Below are positions 53,289-61,188 of a stretch of DNA of 64,000 nucleotides, piece by piece. The stretch lies in IMG/VR virus record IMGVR_UViG_3300028048_003120, positions 1,121 to 65,120 of that record; one strand, 5' to 3'. This DNA is from a virus. Its lineage: Duplodnaviria; Caudoviricetes. The position numbers and the translations under genes were made by a program. Position 1 is the stretch's first letter; every line of letters starts with the position of its first letter. The notes under the pieces are model-generated. The model was given only the letters and a program-made list of their open reading frames with translations, made no database searches and had not been told where the DNA came from.

Positions 53289-54543
53289 ATGCGCGATATT
53301 TTGACACATGCAAGCCTTTTTTCCGGCATCGGAGGCCCGGAGGTAGCAGCAGCCATGCTGGGCTTCCGAAATGCCTTCCACTGCGAGATAAACCCCTTTG
53401 GCCGGGCCGTCCTCGACTATTGGTTTCCCGAATCGAAAAGCTATGAAGACATCACGAAAACCGACTTCCGCCCGTGGCGCGGACAAATCGACATCCTTAC
53501 GGCAGGATTCCCCTGCCAGCCTTTTTCCTATGCAGGTAAGAGGGGGGGGGGCAGCCGACGAGCGTTACCTCTGGCCGGAGGCTTTTAGGGCTATTAACGA
53601 AATCAGGCCCACTTGGTTCGTTGGTGAGAACGTTGCTGGAGTCGCCACTATGGTCGAAGGAGGGGTACTCACTGACATGGGTTGGGAGGGGACTCTTTTC
53701 GGAGAGGTGGAGGGAGTTCACCGATACGGACTGCGACAATCCTTTACCATCGAACGCATCTGCCGTGATCTCGAGAACATCGGATATTCCGTCCAGCCGA
53801 TGCTTATTCCAGCTGCGGCTGTCGGAGCTCCCCATAGACGAGACCGAATCTTCTTCCTTGCCCATCTTGATGACACCGACGACAATAGAACTATGCGAAT
53901 CCCCGGAGAGAATGAGGGAGCGCGCGCGCAGGAAGGGCTATCGCAACGGAACGAAGTACAATTCCCTCAGCTCGCAACTGATGCACGACCCAAGATGCAA
54001 GGAGCTGCTCCCGACACCCACGGCGATCGAGGGGGAGAAATACACGAACACGTTCAACCCGGATTCTCAGATGGGTCAGAGCCTTTCGGCGATGGCCGGA
54101 AGCGGCCTGCTTCCCACGCCGACCGCCAGGGACGAGAAGAACCCCAGCAGCCCAGACGGGGAGAGGATAGCCCGGAAGAAGAAGCAGGGTTGGACGATAG
54201 AACTGTCAGACCTCGCCGCGATGAAAGTTTTGCCGACACCTACGCATCGAGACTATCAGCCGCCGGTAAATCCAGAGTTTATGACGAGGAAGAACGGCAT
54301 GACGCGAGACGACCAGCTGGCTTGCCTTCCTACGATGCTTGGGCTGAAGGATCGTGGTGGGATAACTTTCCGACTGTCTCCCCTGTTCACGCAGGAAATG
54401 ATGGGCTTTCCTTTAGGATGGACCGAGCTGCCCTTCCTTTTGGGAAATGGAGAACAGAAGCACTCAAAGCCTACGGAAACGCGATAGTCCCGCAGGTCAT
54501 GTATAGAATCTTTCAAGCAATACTCAAAAACCAAACATTATGA
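53289..54543 (+). pseudogene. C5 cytosine DNA methyltransferase (alpha chain), frameshifted at a G10 tract
   Basis: Motifs I (LFSGIGG) and IV (GFPCQ) are in one frame; VI (GENV), VIII (HRRDRIF) and X (YGNAIVP) are in another. Removing one G from 53542..53551 gives an intact 417-aa ORF. Confidence 0.88.
53621..54487 (+). CDS. Nested alternative-frame methyltransferase beta chain with LPTP repeats and motif IX
   Basis: Four L(P/M)TPT repeats and LSPLFTQEMMGFPLGWT (motif IX-like). Start codon uncertain. Confidence 0.75.
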   Translation: MVRTLLESPLWSKEGYSLTWVGRGLFSERWREFTDTDCDNPLPSNASAVISRTSDIPSSRCLFQLRLSELPIDETESSSLPILMTPTTIELCESPERMRERARRKGYRNGTKYNSLSSQLMHDPRCKELLPTPTAIEGEKYTNTFNPDSQMGQSLSAMAGSGLLPTPTARDEKNPSSPDGERIARKKKQGWTIELSDLAAMKVLPTPTHRDYQPPVNPEFMTRKNGMTRDDQLACLPTMLGLKDRGGITFRLSPLFTQEMMGFPLGWTELPFLLGNGEQKHSKPTETR

Positions 54544-54762
54544 ACATCGGACAAAGAATCAGTGTAAAACGTGCGGGGGGGGGGGCAATCCTATGGAACC
54601 ATTACGGGAACCGCAAAATCCCTCTTTGACGACGGCAGAATCTTCCTCATCGCAATAGACGGTCTCGAAGGGGAATATGCCGCCCACCAAGAATCCTTGA
54701 CGGAAGTCAGAACGAGAAGCAAATCCACCAAGAAGCCAAAGAAAAGCAACAAAGAATCATGA
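54540..54762 (+). pseudogene. Small SH3-like protein gene frameshifted at a G11 tract
   Basis: With G10 at 54575..54585 it reads MNIGQRISVKRAGGGQSYGTITG...KES* (73 aa), with ATGA overlaps at both ends. Confidence 0.72.
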
Positions 54763-54947
54763 TCTGGCTAAGAATCATTATCGTGCTATTTGTGGCCCTC
54801 ATGCTGATTTATTATTCCATGCTGATTCTGCATATCGCAGGAATAATCAAGTTTACCAGCAGGAGAATAACATTCTCCAGGGCCATACGCCCTTTTTATT
54901 ACTGGGTAATGCCATCAACGGAAACCAAACAACCCCAAAAACAATAA
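54759..54947 (+). CDS. Small membrane protein
   Basis: 62 aa with a long hydrophobic N-terminal helix. Confidence 0.65.
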   Translation: MIWLRIIIVLFVALMLIYYSMLILHIAGIIKFTSRRITFSRAIRPFYYWVMPSTETKQPQKQ

Positions 54948-54951
54948 AACC

Positions 54952-56184
54952 ATGTTACAATTTGAACAACCTATCAAAATCACGAAGAAGCACATCATCG
55001 GAATCGTGTGCATCGCAGTAGTAATCCTGTTCTCAATCCTCTCCTTGTCTCTATTTGAGGATGCCAACAAGACGAAGAACTATGTCTGCCAAATGCCTAT
55101 TACCGGCGCATACCATGTGTGGACGGACGGCGGCTTACAGTGGCAAGGATTCGGCAATGTTGAGAGTTATCACAAGACATCCCAAGTTGAGTTCTCCGAT
55201 TTGCAGAAAGACGAGAATGGATATGTGGCAGTCGGCAAGAATCCAGCCGCAGCACTCACGTTCAACGACAAGGGTCGCGGAATGATTGTTGGCTCCTTCC
55301 GCGTAGTGCTGCCCAACGACAACCAGAATATGCAGAAGATTCAGCGCGACTTTGGCAGCGAGGAAGCTCTCATAAACAATCTTGTCCGACCTACACTCTA
55401 CAAGGTCGTCACGGCTTGCGGCCCGCTGATGTCAAGCCTTGAATCAGTCTCAGAAACGCGAACCGACCTTATATTCTACATTACCGACCAGTTGAACAAT
55501 GGTGTTTATAAGACACGTTCCGTCCGCGAAGAAGCCGTCAATGAGTTAACCGGCGACAAGGAAATCCGCGTCCGTTCCGAAATTGTAACGGACGGTGCTG
55601 GCGCAGGCGGCTATCTCCGGCAGGAGGTTTCCCCTTTCTCAATGTACGGAATCAGTTGTGGACTTGTCTCTATTTCCGACATCAAGTACGACCGAGCAAC
55701 GCAGGATCAGATTGACGCGCAGAAGGCCGCGAATCTCGCGGTAATTACCGCAAAGACAAAATCCCTCGAAGCTATCCAGCGCACCGTCCAGATTACCGAG
55801 GAAGGAAAGGCTTCTGCTGAAAAGGCAAAGTGGGAGCAGGAGAGGGAGAAGGCCGTAGCCGTCACCCGTGCAGAGCAGGAGAGGGAGGTTGCAAAGCTCG
55901 CCGCCGAGAAAGCAAACTTCGAGAAGCAGCGGATCATTGCAGAGGGTGAGGCGCAGGCAGCGGCAAACCGCGCAAAGGTTGCCGCAGGTTTGACTCCGCA
56001 GGAGCGCGCCGAATGGGATTATAAGACTGCGGTTGGAATTGCCGAGGCGCTTGCGAACTCGAAAGTGCGCTGGGTCCCGGAGGTAATTATGGGAGGCAAC
56101 AACTCCGGCACTTCCGCTATGGATGCAGTCGGCCTCAACATGATGATGGAAATAGTGAAGAAAATGAACAATAAGCAGCAGTAG
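54952..56184 (+). CDS. SPFH/band-7 domain membrane protein
   Basis: N-terminal TM, SPFH-like core and long EA-rich coiled coil (EKAKWEQEREKAVAVTRAEQEREVA). Confidence 0.82.
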   Translation: MLQFEQPIKITKKHIIGIVCIAVVILFSILSLSLFEDANKTKNYVCQMPITGAYHVWTDGGLQWQGFGNVESYHKTSQVEFSDLQKDENGYVAVGKNPAAALTFNDKGRGMIVGSFRVVLPNDNQNMQKIQRDFGSEEALINNLVRPTLYKVVTACGPLMSSLESVSETRTDLIFYITDQLNNGVYKTRSVREEAVNELTGDKEIRVRSEIVTDGAGAGGYLRQEVSPFSMYGISCGLVSISDIKYDRATQDQIDAQKAANLAVITAKTKSLEAIQRTVQITEEGKASAEKAKWEQEREKAVAVTRAEQEREVAKLAAEKANFEKQRIIAEGEAQAAANRAKVAAGLTPQERAEWDYKTAVGIAEALANSKVRWVPEVIMGGNNSGTSAMDAVGLNMMMEIVKKMNNKQQ

Positions 56185-56186
56185 TC

Positions 56187-56387
56187 ATGGGAAAGACACA
56201 AACCGCGTCCGGCGGAATCGGATTCACCGGGCTTTTGACAATCGTATTCATCGTGCTTAAACTCTGCCACGTGATTGATTGGTCGTGGTGGTGGGTACTC
56301 TCTCCTATCTGGGGCGTTTTCGTGTTGGCGATAGCTATAACGATTATCTACATTCTTTACGAGCTCATTAAGGCGCTGCTGAAATGA
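56187..56387 (+). CDS. Small two-TM membrane protein
   Basis: GIGFTGLLTIVFIVLKL...IDWSWWWVLSPIW, a common phage membrane protein pattern. Confidence 0.75.
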   Translation: MGKTQTASGGIGFTGLLTIVFIVLKLCHVIDWSWWWVLSPIWGVFVLAIAITIIYILYELIKALLK

Positions 56388-57310
56388 CATCAGACAGTCA
56401 AAACACCTGCGGCCACTGCGCACAGTTCCGTCAGAGTGACGGATACTGCAGGAAGAAGGGCTACGTGAACGCCATTGCGCCGGCACCGGCCAAGTGCTTT
56501 GTGTCGCGCGATGGCGGGACGGAGCCGCTGGCTCCAGCAGAAAGACTACGGAAGCCTCGCGCAAGGAAGGAGCGCAAGGTGGTCATTACGAAGCGTTGCC
56601 CTAAGTGCGGACTTGAAAAGCCTGCCGAGGACTTCGACCGTCGCGAGAAAAGCCCGGACGGGCTGCAAACCTACTGCCGGGAGTGCCACCGCAAGATGCA
56701 GGGTAAGAAACCTACCCTGATCAGCAAGGAGGACCGCGAGCAGGCAGCAGCCGCCACCCTCGCAGCCGGGCAGAAGACCTGCCGCTGCTGCGGCCAGACA
56801 AAGCCACTGTCGGAGTTCCCGACGAACCTTTCCTCCATCGACGGACTGTCACACATCTGCCGCGACTGCAAGGCCGAGAAGGTATCGCAGGGAATGCGGA
56901 AAAGAAGGATGGAGCGCGAGAAGATTTCGGCCCTCGTTGAACAATCCCGCAACGAGGTTCCGTTTACCCCGAAAGAGGCCATTCCAGCACCGCCAAAGAA
57001 CAAACCAACAAAACCCGAAATACCCATGAAGCCAACCAAAGTTTACTACGAGAGGTGCATCAACCTCGGCAACTATGAGAATGAGAAGATAGGCATCGAG
57101 ATCGAGCTGGAGGACGGCGACACAGTGAACGCAGCCGTTGATACGGCCCGCAAGCGCCTTGCCATTCTCACGCGGCAGGAAGAACCCGAAAGGGAGCGTT
57201 ACCAGCACATCGTGGACAATCCCGAAGGATACATGTATGCCCAGGTCGCTGCGGCCAAGAAATGGCTCGAAGAACACCCGGAGCCGACCGAGAACGACCT
57301 TCAATTCTAA
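56384..57310 (+). CDS. Multi-zinc-finger protein
   Basis: CGHC...C plus two KxCxxCG..KP..F......DGL...CRxC units, then a separate C-terminal domain (INLGNYENEKIGIEIEL). Confidence 0.72.
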   Translation: MTSDSQNTCGHCAQFRQSDGYCRKKGYVNAIAPAPAKCFVSRDGGTEPLAPAERLRKPRARKERKVVITKRCPKCGLEKPAEDFDRREKSPDGLQTYCRECHRKMQGKKPTLISKEDREQAAAATLAAGQKTCRCCGQTKPLSEFPTNLSSIDGLSHICRDCKAEKVSQGMRKRRMEREKISALVEQSRNEVPFTPKEAIPAPPKNKPTKPEIPMKPTKVYYERCINLGNYENEKIGIEIELEDGDTVNAAVDTARKRLAILTRQEEPERERYQHIVDNPEGYMYAQVAAAKKWLEEHPEPTENDLQF

Positions 57311-57340
57311 TCAGAGAGTCAAACCTAACAATTCTAAACC

Positions 57341-57880
57341 ATGATCCAACCCGTTATCAACAACTATGAGGCGCTGAAAGACTGCCTCTATGTTCTCAAT
57401 CCGGCAGACAACAAGTTTGTCAAGGCCGAGGAGTGGATTAAGACGGACAATCCCTCCATCGCCCAGCTCGTGGCCGTAAAGACCCCGTATTACCTGATCG
57501 TGTTCAGCAAGAATTTCGTGCATGACAAAGAAGGGAATCCCGTCAACCTCAACTTTGAGGATGTTCAGAAAGCCTGCGCAGAGTTCAGCGTCCCCGGCAG
57601 CTCCCTTACGTTCCGCGCTCCGCGCCGTAATGAATCCAACTACATCTACGACGCTTGGTGGGCTGGCGGTCTGAAAGAACTCATCGAAAAAATCGACGGA
57701 GACGACTTCGGGGTGCGCTGGTGGACCTGCGAGAAAGATTCTTGGTCTTGCTCTCGCAGCTACGCCAGCGGCGCCTGGTACTTTAGCGGCAGCGTCGGCT
57801 GCGCCGGCAACGTCAGCGTGGGCAACAGTTTCCGCGCCCTGCCCGTCGTGCTTTTAGATGTGAACGAAGTGAACAATTAA
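57341..57880 (+). CDS. DGR target 2: stand-alone C-type-lectin-fold (DUF1566-like) protein
   Basis: 179 aa; NFEDVQKAC...FRAPRRNE...WWTC core; the C-terminus carries VR2; no signal peptide or TM evident. Confidence 0.9.
   Translation: MIQPVINNYEALKDCLYVLNPADNKFVKAEEWIKTDNPSIAQLVAVKTPYYLIVFSKNFVHDKEGNPVNLNFEDVQKACAEFSVPGSSLTFRAPRRNESNYIYDAWWAGGLKELIEKIDGDDFGVRWWTCEKDSWSCSRSYASGAWYFSGSVGCAGNVSVGNSFRALPVVLLDVNEVNN
57741..57850 (+). repeat. DGR variable repeat 2 (VR2), remote
   Basis: 110-bp ungapped alignment to TR with 18 mismatches, all at TR adenines (14 A>G, 4 A>T). Confidence 0.97.
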
Positions 57881-57890
57881 TCTTACCCCT

Positions 57891-57924
57891 TGGCGCTCCG
57901 CGTCCCTCCGGGCAAGGAGCGCCA
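57891..57924 (+). promoter_or_regulatory. DGR target-recognition hairpin downstream of VR2/IMH
   Basis: TGGCGCTCC-GCGTCCCTCCGGGCAA-GGAGCGCCA: 9-bp stem, same 16-nt loop as at VR1, 40 nt after the end of TR homology. Confidence 0.85.
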
Positions 57925-57946
57925 GTCAATTATTTTGCGAAAAACT

Positions 57947-58138
57947 ATGACAACAACGAAAGCCGGAATCCGCGTTGAGGCCGTAAAGAACGGTTTCATC
58001 CTGCACGGTGCGCACGGGAGCCTCGTTGCGACCACCGCCGCCGATGCAATGAGAATTATCTGCGAAGAACTCTGCTCGAGATTTGTGGAACCCATGCACG
58101 CCGGGGACGAACGGACAATCAACTTTGAAATCGAGTAA
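57947..58138 (+). CDS. Hypothetical protein (63 aa)
   Basis: Start MTTTKAGIRVEAVKNGFIL, after an A-rich leader. Confidence 0.65.
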   Translation: MTTTKAGIRVEAVKNGFILHGAHGSLVATTAADAMRIICEELCSRFVEPMHAGDERTINFEIE

Positions 58139-58140
58139 CA

Positions 58141-58548
58141 ATGCACTTCAAGTATTCAACTGCGCTGCAGCAATTCATTGACACAGCTGAATTGGCTCGC
58201 GAGAAATCTGATGTCAATGAGGCCGCGAAACAGTTTCGCGAAACCATCATCCCCATGTGTAACACATGTTCGGAAGGGCCGGAACAACAGTCGCTCTCAT
58301 TGTACAACGAGGAGCAGATGCTGCTAATGTTCAGGGCAGGTGCCGAGTGGAAGCAAGAGCAATTATTCCCTTCCAGCCTCCGCAAACCAAAGTTCAAGGC
58401 TGGAGATACTGTCCGATATAAGATGAACCCGAAGGACGAAATTACCATCCTTTCCGTTGTCGGGGAATCTTACCTCGTCGATGATCCAGGCAGCGGCGAG
58501 CCTCAACACTATTCATTTGACTATGTAGAAAACAATTTTGAATTATGA
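58141..58548 (+). CDS. Hypothetical protein with C-terminal SH3/KOW-like segment
   Basis: PKFKAGDTVRYK...ITILSV...YLV pattern. Confidence 0.65.
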   Translation: MHFKYSTALQQFIDTAELAREKSDVNEAAKQFRETIIPMCNTCSEGPEQQSLSLYNEEQMLLMFRAGAEWKQEQLFPSSLRKPKFKAGDTVRYKMNPKDEITILSVVGESYLVDDPGSGEPQHYSFDYVENNFEL

Positions 58549-59057
58549 GTACAAGAGCGTATATCAGAATCAGGAAGGCCGGAAAAGATTCCGTACACTT
58601 CCACCATCATTGCGACGGATACCCAAGCGGTGTCGGCGAAGACCTGGTTAGATTGCTGAAACAATACTCCGGCGAATGGACTCCAAATTTGCTCGGAGGA
58701 TTCATCAACGAACAAGACGATGATTTTCGCTTCATCGAAAAAGGTCCTTCATGGGATCATGAGTATTGCTATATCATCGACTGCGACAAAAAGACATTAA
58801 GCGGATACTATAAGGGAATAACAAGCAGTAGCGTTGAGGAGGAGATTGATTACTACCTCGGAGACGAGTTGTTAATTCGTGGGAATATCTTCGATGGGGA
58901 GCCACGCGGTAATGACCAATCCTCAGACTGGTCCTCCTTCCGCAGAGAGGCGGCGAAGGATATATTGTGCGCAGTAATAAATGGACGCATATCGGAAGAT
59001 GTTTCTTTTGCCATACGATATGCTGACGAACTAATCAAGCAACTAAAAGAGGGATAG
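58545..59057 (+). CDS. Conserved phage hypothetical protein
   Basis: MSTRAYI...HHHCDGYPSGVGEDL, a motif I recognise from many phage proteins; AT-richer codons. Confidence 0.7.
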   Translation: MSTRAYIRIRKAGKDSVHFHHHCDGYPSGVGEDLVRLLKQYSGEWTPNLLGGFINEQDDDFRFIEKGPSWDHEYCYIIDCDKKTLSGYYKGITSSSVEEEIDYYLGDELLIRGNIFDGEPRGNDQSSDWSSFRREAAKDILCAVINGRISEDVSFAIRYADELIKQLKEG

Positions 59058-59059
59058 AT

Positions 59060-59161
59060 ATGTGTACAAAGAAAGTTTGCAGTCCGTGGTGCATGATTGT
59101 AAGCTGCCAAGACTGTCCGTATTACAAACCAGATAAGATTGAAGTCAGCAATGGATTATAA
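59060..59161 (+). CDS. Small Cys-rich ORF (33 aa)
   Basis: MCTKKVCSPWCMIVSCQDCPYYKPDKIEVSNGL*; fills the gap between neighbouring genes. Confidence 0.45.
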   Translation: MCTKKVCSPWCMIVSCQDCPYYKPDKIEVSNGL

Positions 59162-59315
59162 AGAATTTCGCGACCTCGTGCGCAGGATGCGCGAGAAGCA
59201 AAAGACCTACTTCAATCCCAAAACAAGAAGTACACTCGCGCTCCAGCAGAGCCGGGAACTTGAACACCTTGTTGACCTCGAATTAGAGAACGACACTGAA
59301 CCAAAATTGTTTTAA
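59151..59315 (+). CDS. Small hypothetical protein (54 aa)
   Basis: MDYKEFRDLVRRMREKQKTYF...SRELEHLVD; translated by hand, below the ORF-track cutoff. Confidence 0.65.
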   Translation: MDYKEFRDLVRRMREKQKTYFNPKTRSTLALQQSRELEHLVDLELENDTEPKLF

Positions 59316-59320
59316 CGGCT

Positions 59321-59620
59321 ATGGATGAATTTGGAACATTAAGATTGGATGTGACCATTCCCGCGCAGAAGGTCTCGTCATGCGCCATGCTGCTTGTTGA
59401 TGAATACAAGCCCATCGTTGAGGAAGCGTTGCGCGAGGCAAGGGAGGAGCTTTTGAACGACGAGAGTTGCAAGAATGCCATCAAGCAAGCCATCAAGAGA
59501 CGCATTTGCGAAAGGATACAAAACGCACTCACTGAAACCGCCGCCTTTGCCGCCGAACGCGCCATACGGGAAATCAATATGTACGATACGGCGAAGGAAA
59601 TTTTGAAAACCTATTGCTAA
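59321..59620 (+). CDS. Hypothetical protein (99 aa)
   Basis: Helical ORF in the early operon. Confidence 0.6.
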   Translation: MDEFGTLRLDVTIPAQKVSSCAMLLVDEYKPIVEEALREAREELLNDESCKNAIKQAIKRRICERIQNALTETAAFAAERAIREINMYDTAKEILKTYC

Positions 59621-59624
59621 AGCT

Positions 59625-59801
59625 ATGGAAAATACTTTGAAACGCCGTAACGACGAATCCCTCCACCAATGGATAAGCAGAATCGCCCCTCGCTGCAAGG
59701 CGATGGAAGCAGATGAAATCCACGAGGTGCTTACCGAAGTATCGAAGGTCAGCTATGCCGAAGGGGTCCATGTGACGATGAAGCCGTACTATGGAAACTG
59801 A
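59625..59801 (+). CDS. Small hypothetical protein (58 aa)
   Basis: MENTLKRRNDESLHQWISRIA...; fills the gap between neighbouring genes. Confidence 0.55.
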   Translation: MENTLKRRNDESLHQWISRIAPRCKAMEADEIHEVLTEVSKVSYAEGVHVTMKPYYGN

Positions 59802-60189
59802 CAAATACATACCTCATTTCAAAAAGGAGTGGATAGAATTATTCACGAGACCGGGGCTCAGAGAAAAGATCATTGTGCCGGGGACTGTCGAATGTTTTAT
59901 TGATGAGATATGCAGGAAAGAGGAACTATACACCGCTTTCATCTACCTCATGGTTTCAGTCGAATACGACATTACTTTACGGCAGGCCATCAATCGCTTC
60001 GAGGTGGAGCGTAAAATCCATCCGAATGTTGAAAAAGAGCCAAATGTGTTCTACCACGAAGAAACACTGTCAGCCCGAGAGCGGCGGAAGCCCATTCGAT
60101 TAAGCGAGGATAATTGGCTTTCCTGCAAAGGGAGCGTACTGAGATCATTAGGAAAAATCAAAGAGTGCCTTAAAAAAGTTACCCCATGA
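59791..60189 (+). CDS. Hypothetical protein (132 aa)
   Basis: AT-richer ORF overlapping both neighbours. Confidence 0.55.
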   Translation: METDKYIPHFKKEWIELFTRPGLREKIIVPGTVECFIDEICRKEELYTAFIYLMVSVEYDITLRQAINRFEVERKIHPNVEKEPNVFYHEETLSARERRKPIRLSEDNWLSCKGSVLRSLGKIKECLKKVTP

Positions 60190-60752
60190 GAAAGTGCAAG
60201 TATGATTACATCGTCGGAATTGACCCCGATGTCGAGAAAAGCGGCGTGGCATTCCTCGCCGTGGGCAGCAAGACGCTACAGTTGCGGAGCCTCACGTTGC
60301 CGGAGCTGCTGAAAAGCGTCAGCGCCTATGTGGATCAATTTGACACGGAAGTGCCTCCGCTCTCGTTTGAGACGCAGCCCAAAGCCGTCGTGGTCGTGGA
60401 GATAGACCGCGACCATTGCCATAACTGGCACCTGCTGCCGGAGGACACGAAGAACTCCGCTGCCAGCAAGGGCTTCGATCAGGGCCGATGCTTCCATGTC
60501 GCAGAAGCCATTTGCGAGATTCTGCGCTCCGAGGGTATCGAGGTCATCGAGAAGGCCCCGCTGCTCAAGATATGGAGCGGACCCGACCGCAAGATTAGCC
60601 ACGCCGAACTGACAAGCCTCAAGGGGCTGAACATTATCCGGGAGGGCAAGCGGAGCAGGAGCAGCCAGGAGCAAAGGGACGCGGCCCTGCTCGCGCTGGA
60701 CATCTCCGAAATCCCACTCATCCTTCCCCCTGATTGGAAGAAGAACAGATAG
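60186..60752 (+). CDS. RuvC-like (RNase H fold) Holliday junction resolvase
   Basis: IVGIDPDVEKSGVAFL, VVVE and QEQRDAALLA catalytic-type motifs. Confidence 0.75.
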   Translation: MRKCKYDYIVGIDPDVEKSGVAFLAVGSKTLQLRSLTLPELLKSVSAYVDQFDTEVPPLSFETQPKAVVVVEIDRDHCHNWHLLPEDTKNSAASKGFDQGRCFHVAEAICEILRSEGIEVIEKAPLLKIWSGPDRKISHAELTSLKGLNIIREGKRSRSSQEQRDAALLALDISEIPLILPPDWKKNR

Positions 60753-60783
60753 ACAAACCACCCGAAACCAAACACGAACTTTG
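60743..60783 (+). promoter_or_regulatory. Putative late promoter (motif copy 6, plus strand)
   Basis: GAACAGATAGACAAA-N18-GAACTTTG, overlapping the resolvase stop and upstream of 60787..64000. Confidence 0.55.
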
Positions 60784-60786
60784 CGT

Positions 60787-61188
60787 ATGATGTTGATACC
60801 GCCACCGATAACAAGCCCGATTACGCCAATGATGCCCACGCATACACCCACAATGCGCGTCACGGGCAAGGGAATCATGTTCAGCCGCGAGGCCGCTACC
60901 CTGCTGGGAGCCGTGCCAGGCACGCGAATATCCATCGAGCGGGAACCCGATCCGTCGCATCTCTACCTTTACGTGAAAGTCGTACCCACTTCCGGCTTCG
61001 TTCTCTTTCCGCAGAACCGCCGTCTCGTCGCTTGGTCCAGGTCGCTGGCCCGGCGAATACTCACACTTACGGAATGCAGCCGCCGGCAGGCGCTCTACCG
61101 CCTCGGCGAGCCTACATACGACCGTATAGGCCATAGAATCGTACCCATCATAACCAGCATAGACTATGCAGAAAGAAATCAAGTATAG
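60787..61188 (+). CDS. Hypothetical protein (133 aa)
   Basis: Start set at ATG 60787; overlaps the next gene. Confidence 0.55.
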   Translation: MMLIPPPITSPITPMMPTHTPTMRVTGKGIMFSREAATLLGAVPGTRISIEREPDPSHLYLYVKVVPTSGFVLFPQNRRLVAWSRSLARRILTLTECSRRQALYRLGEPTYDRIGHRIVPIITSIDYAERNQV

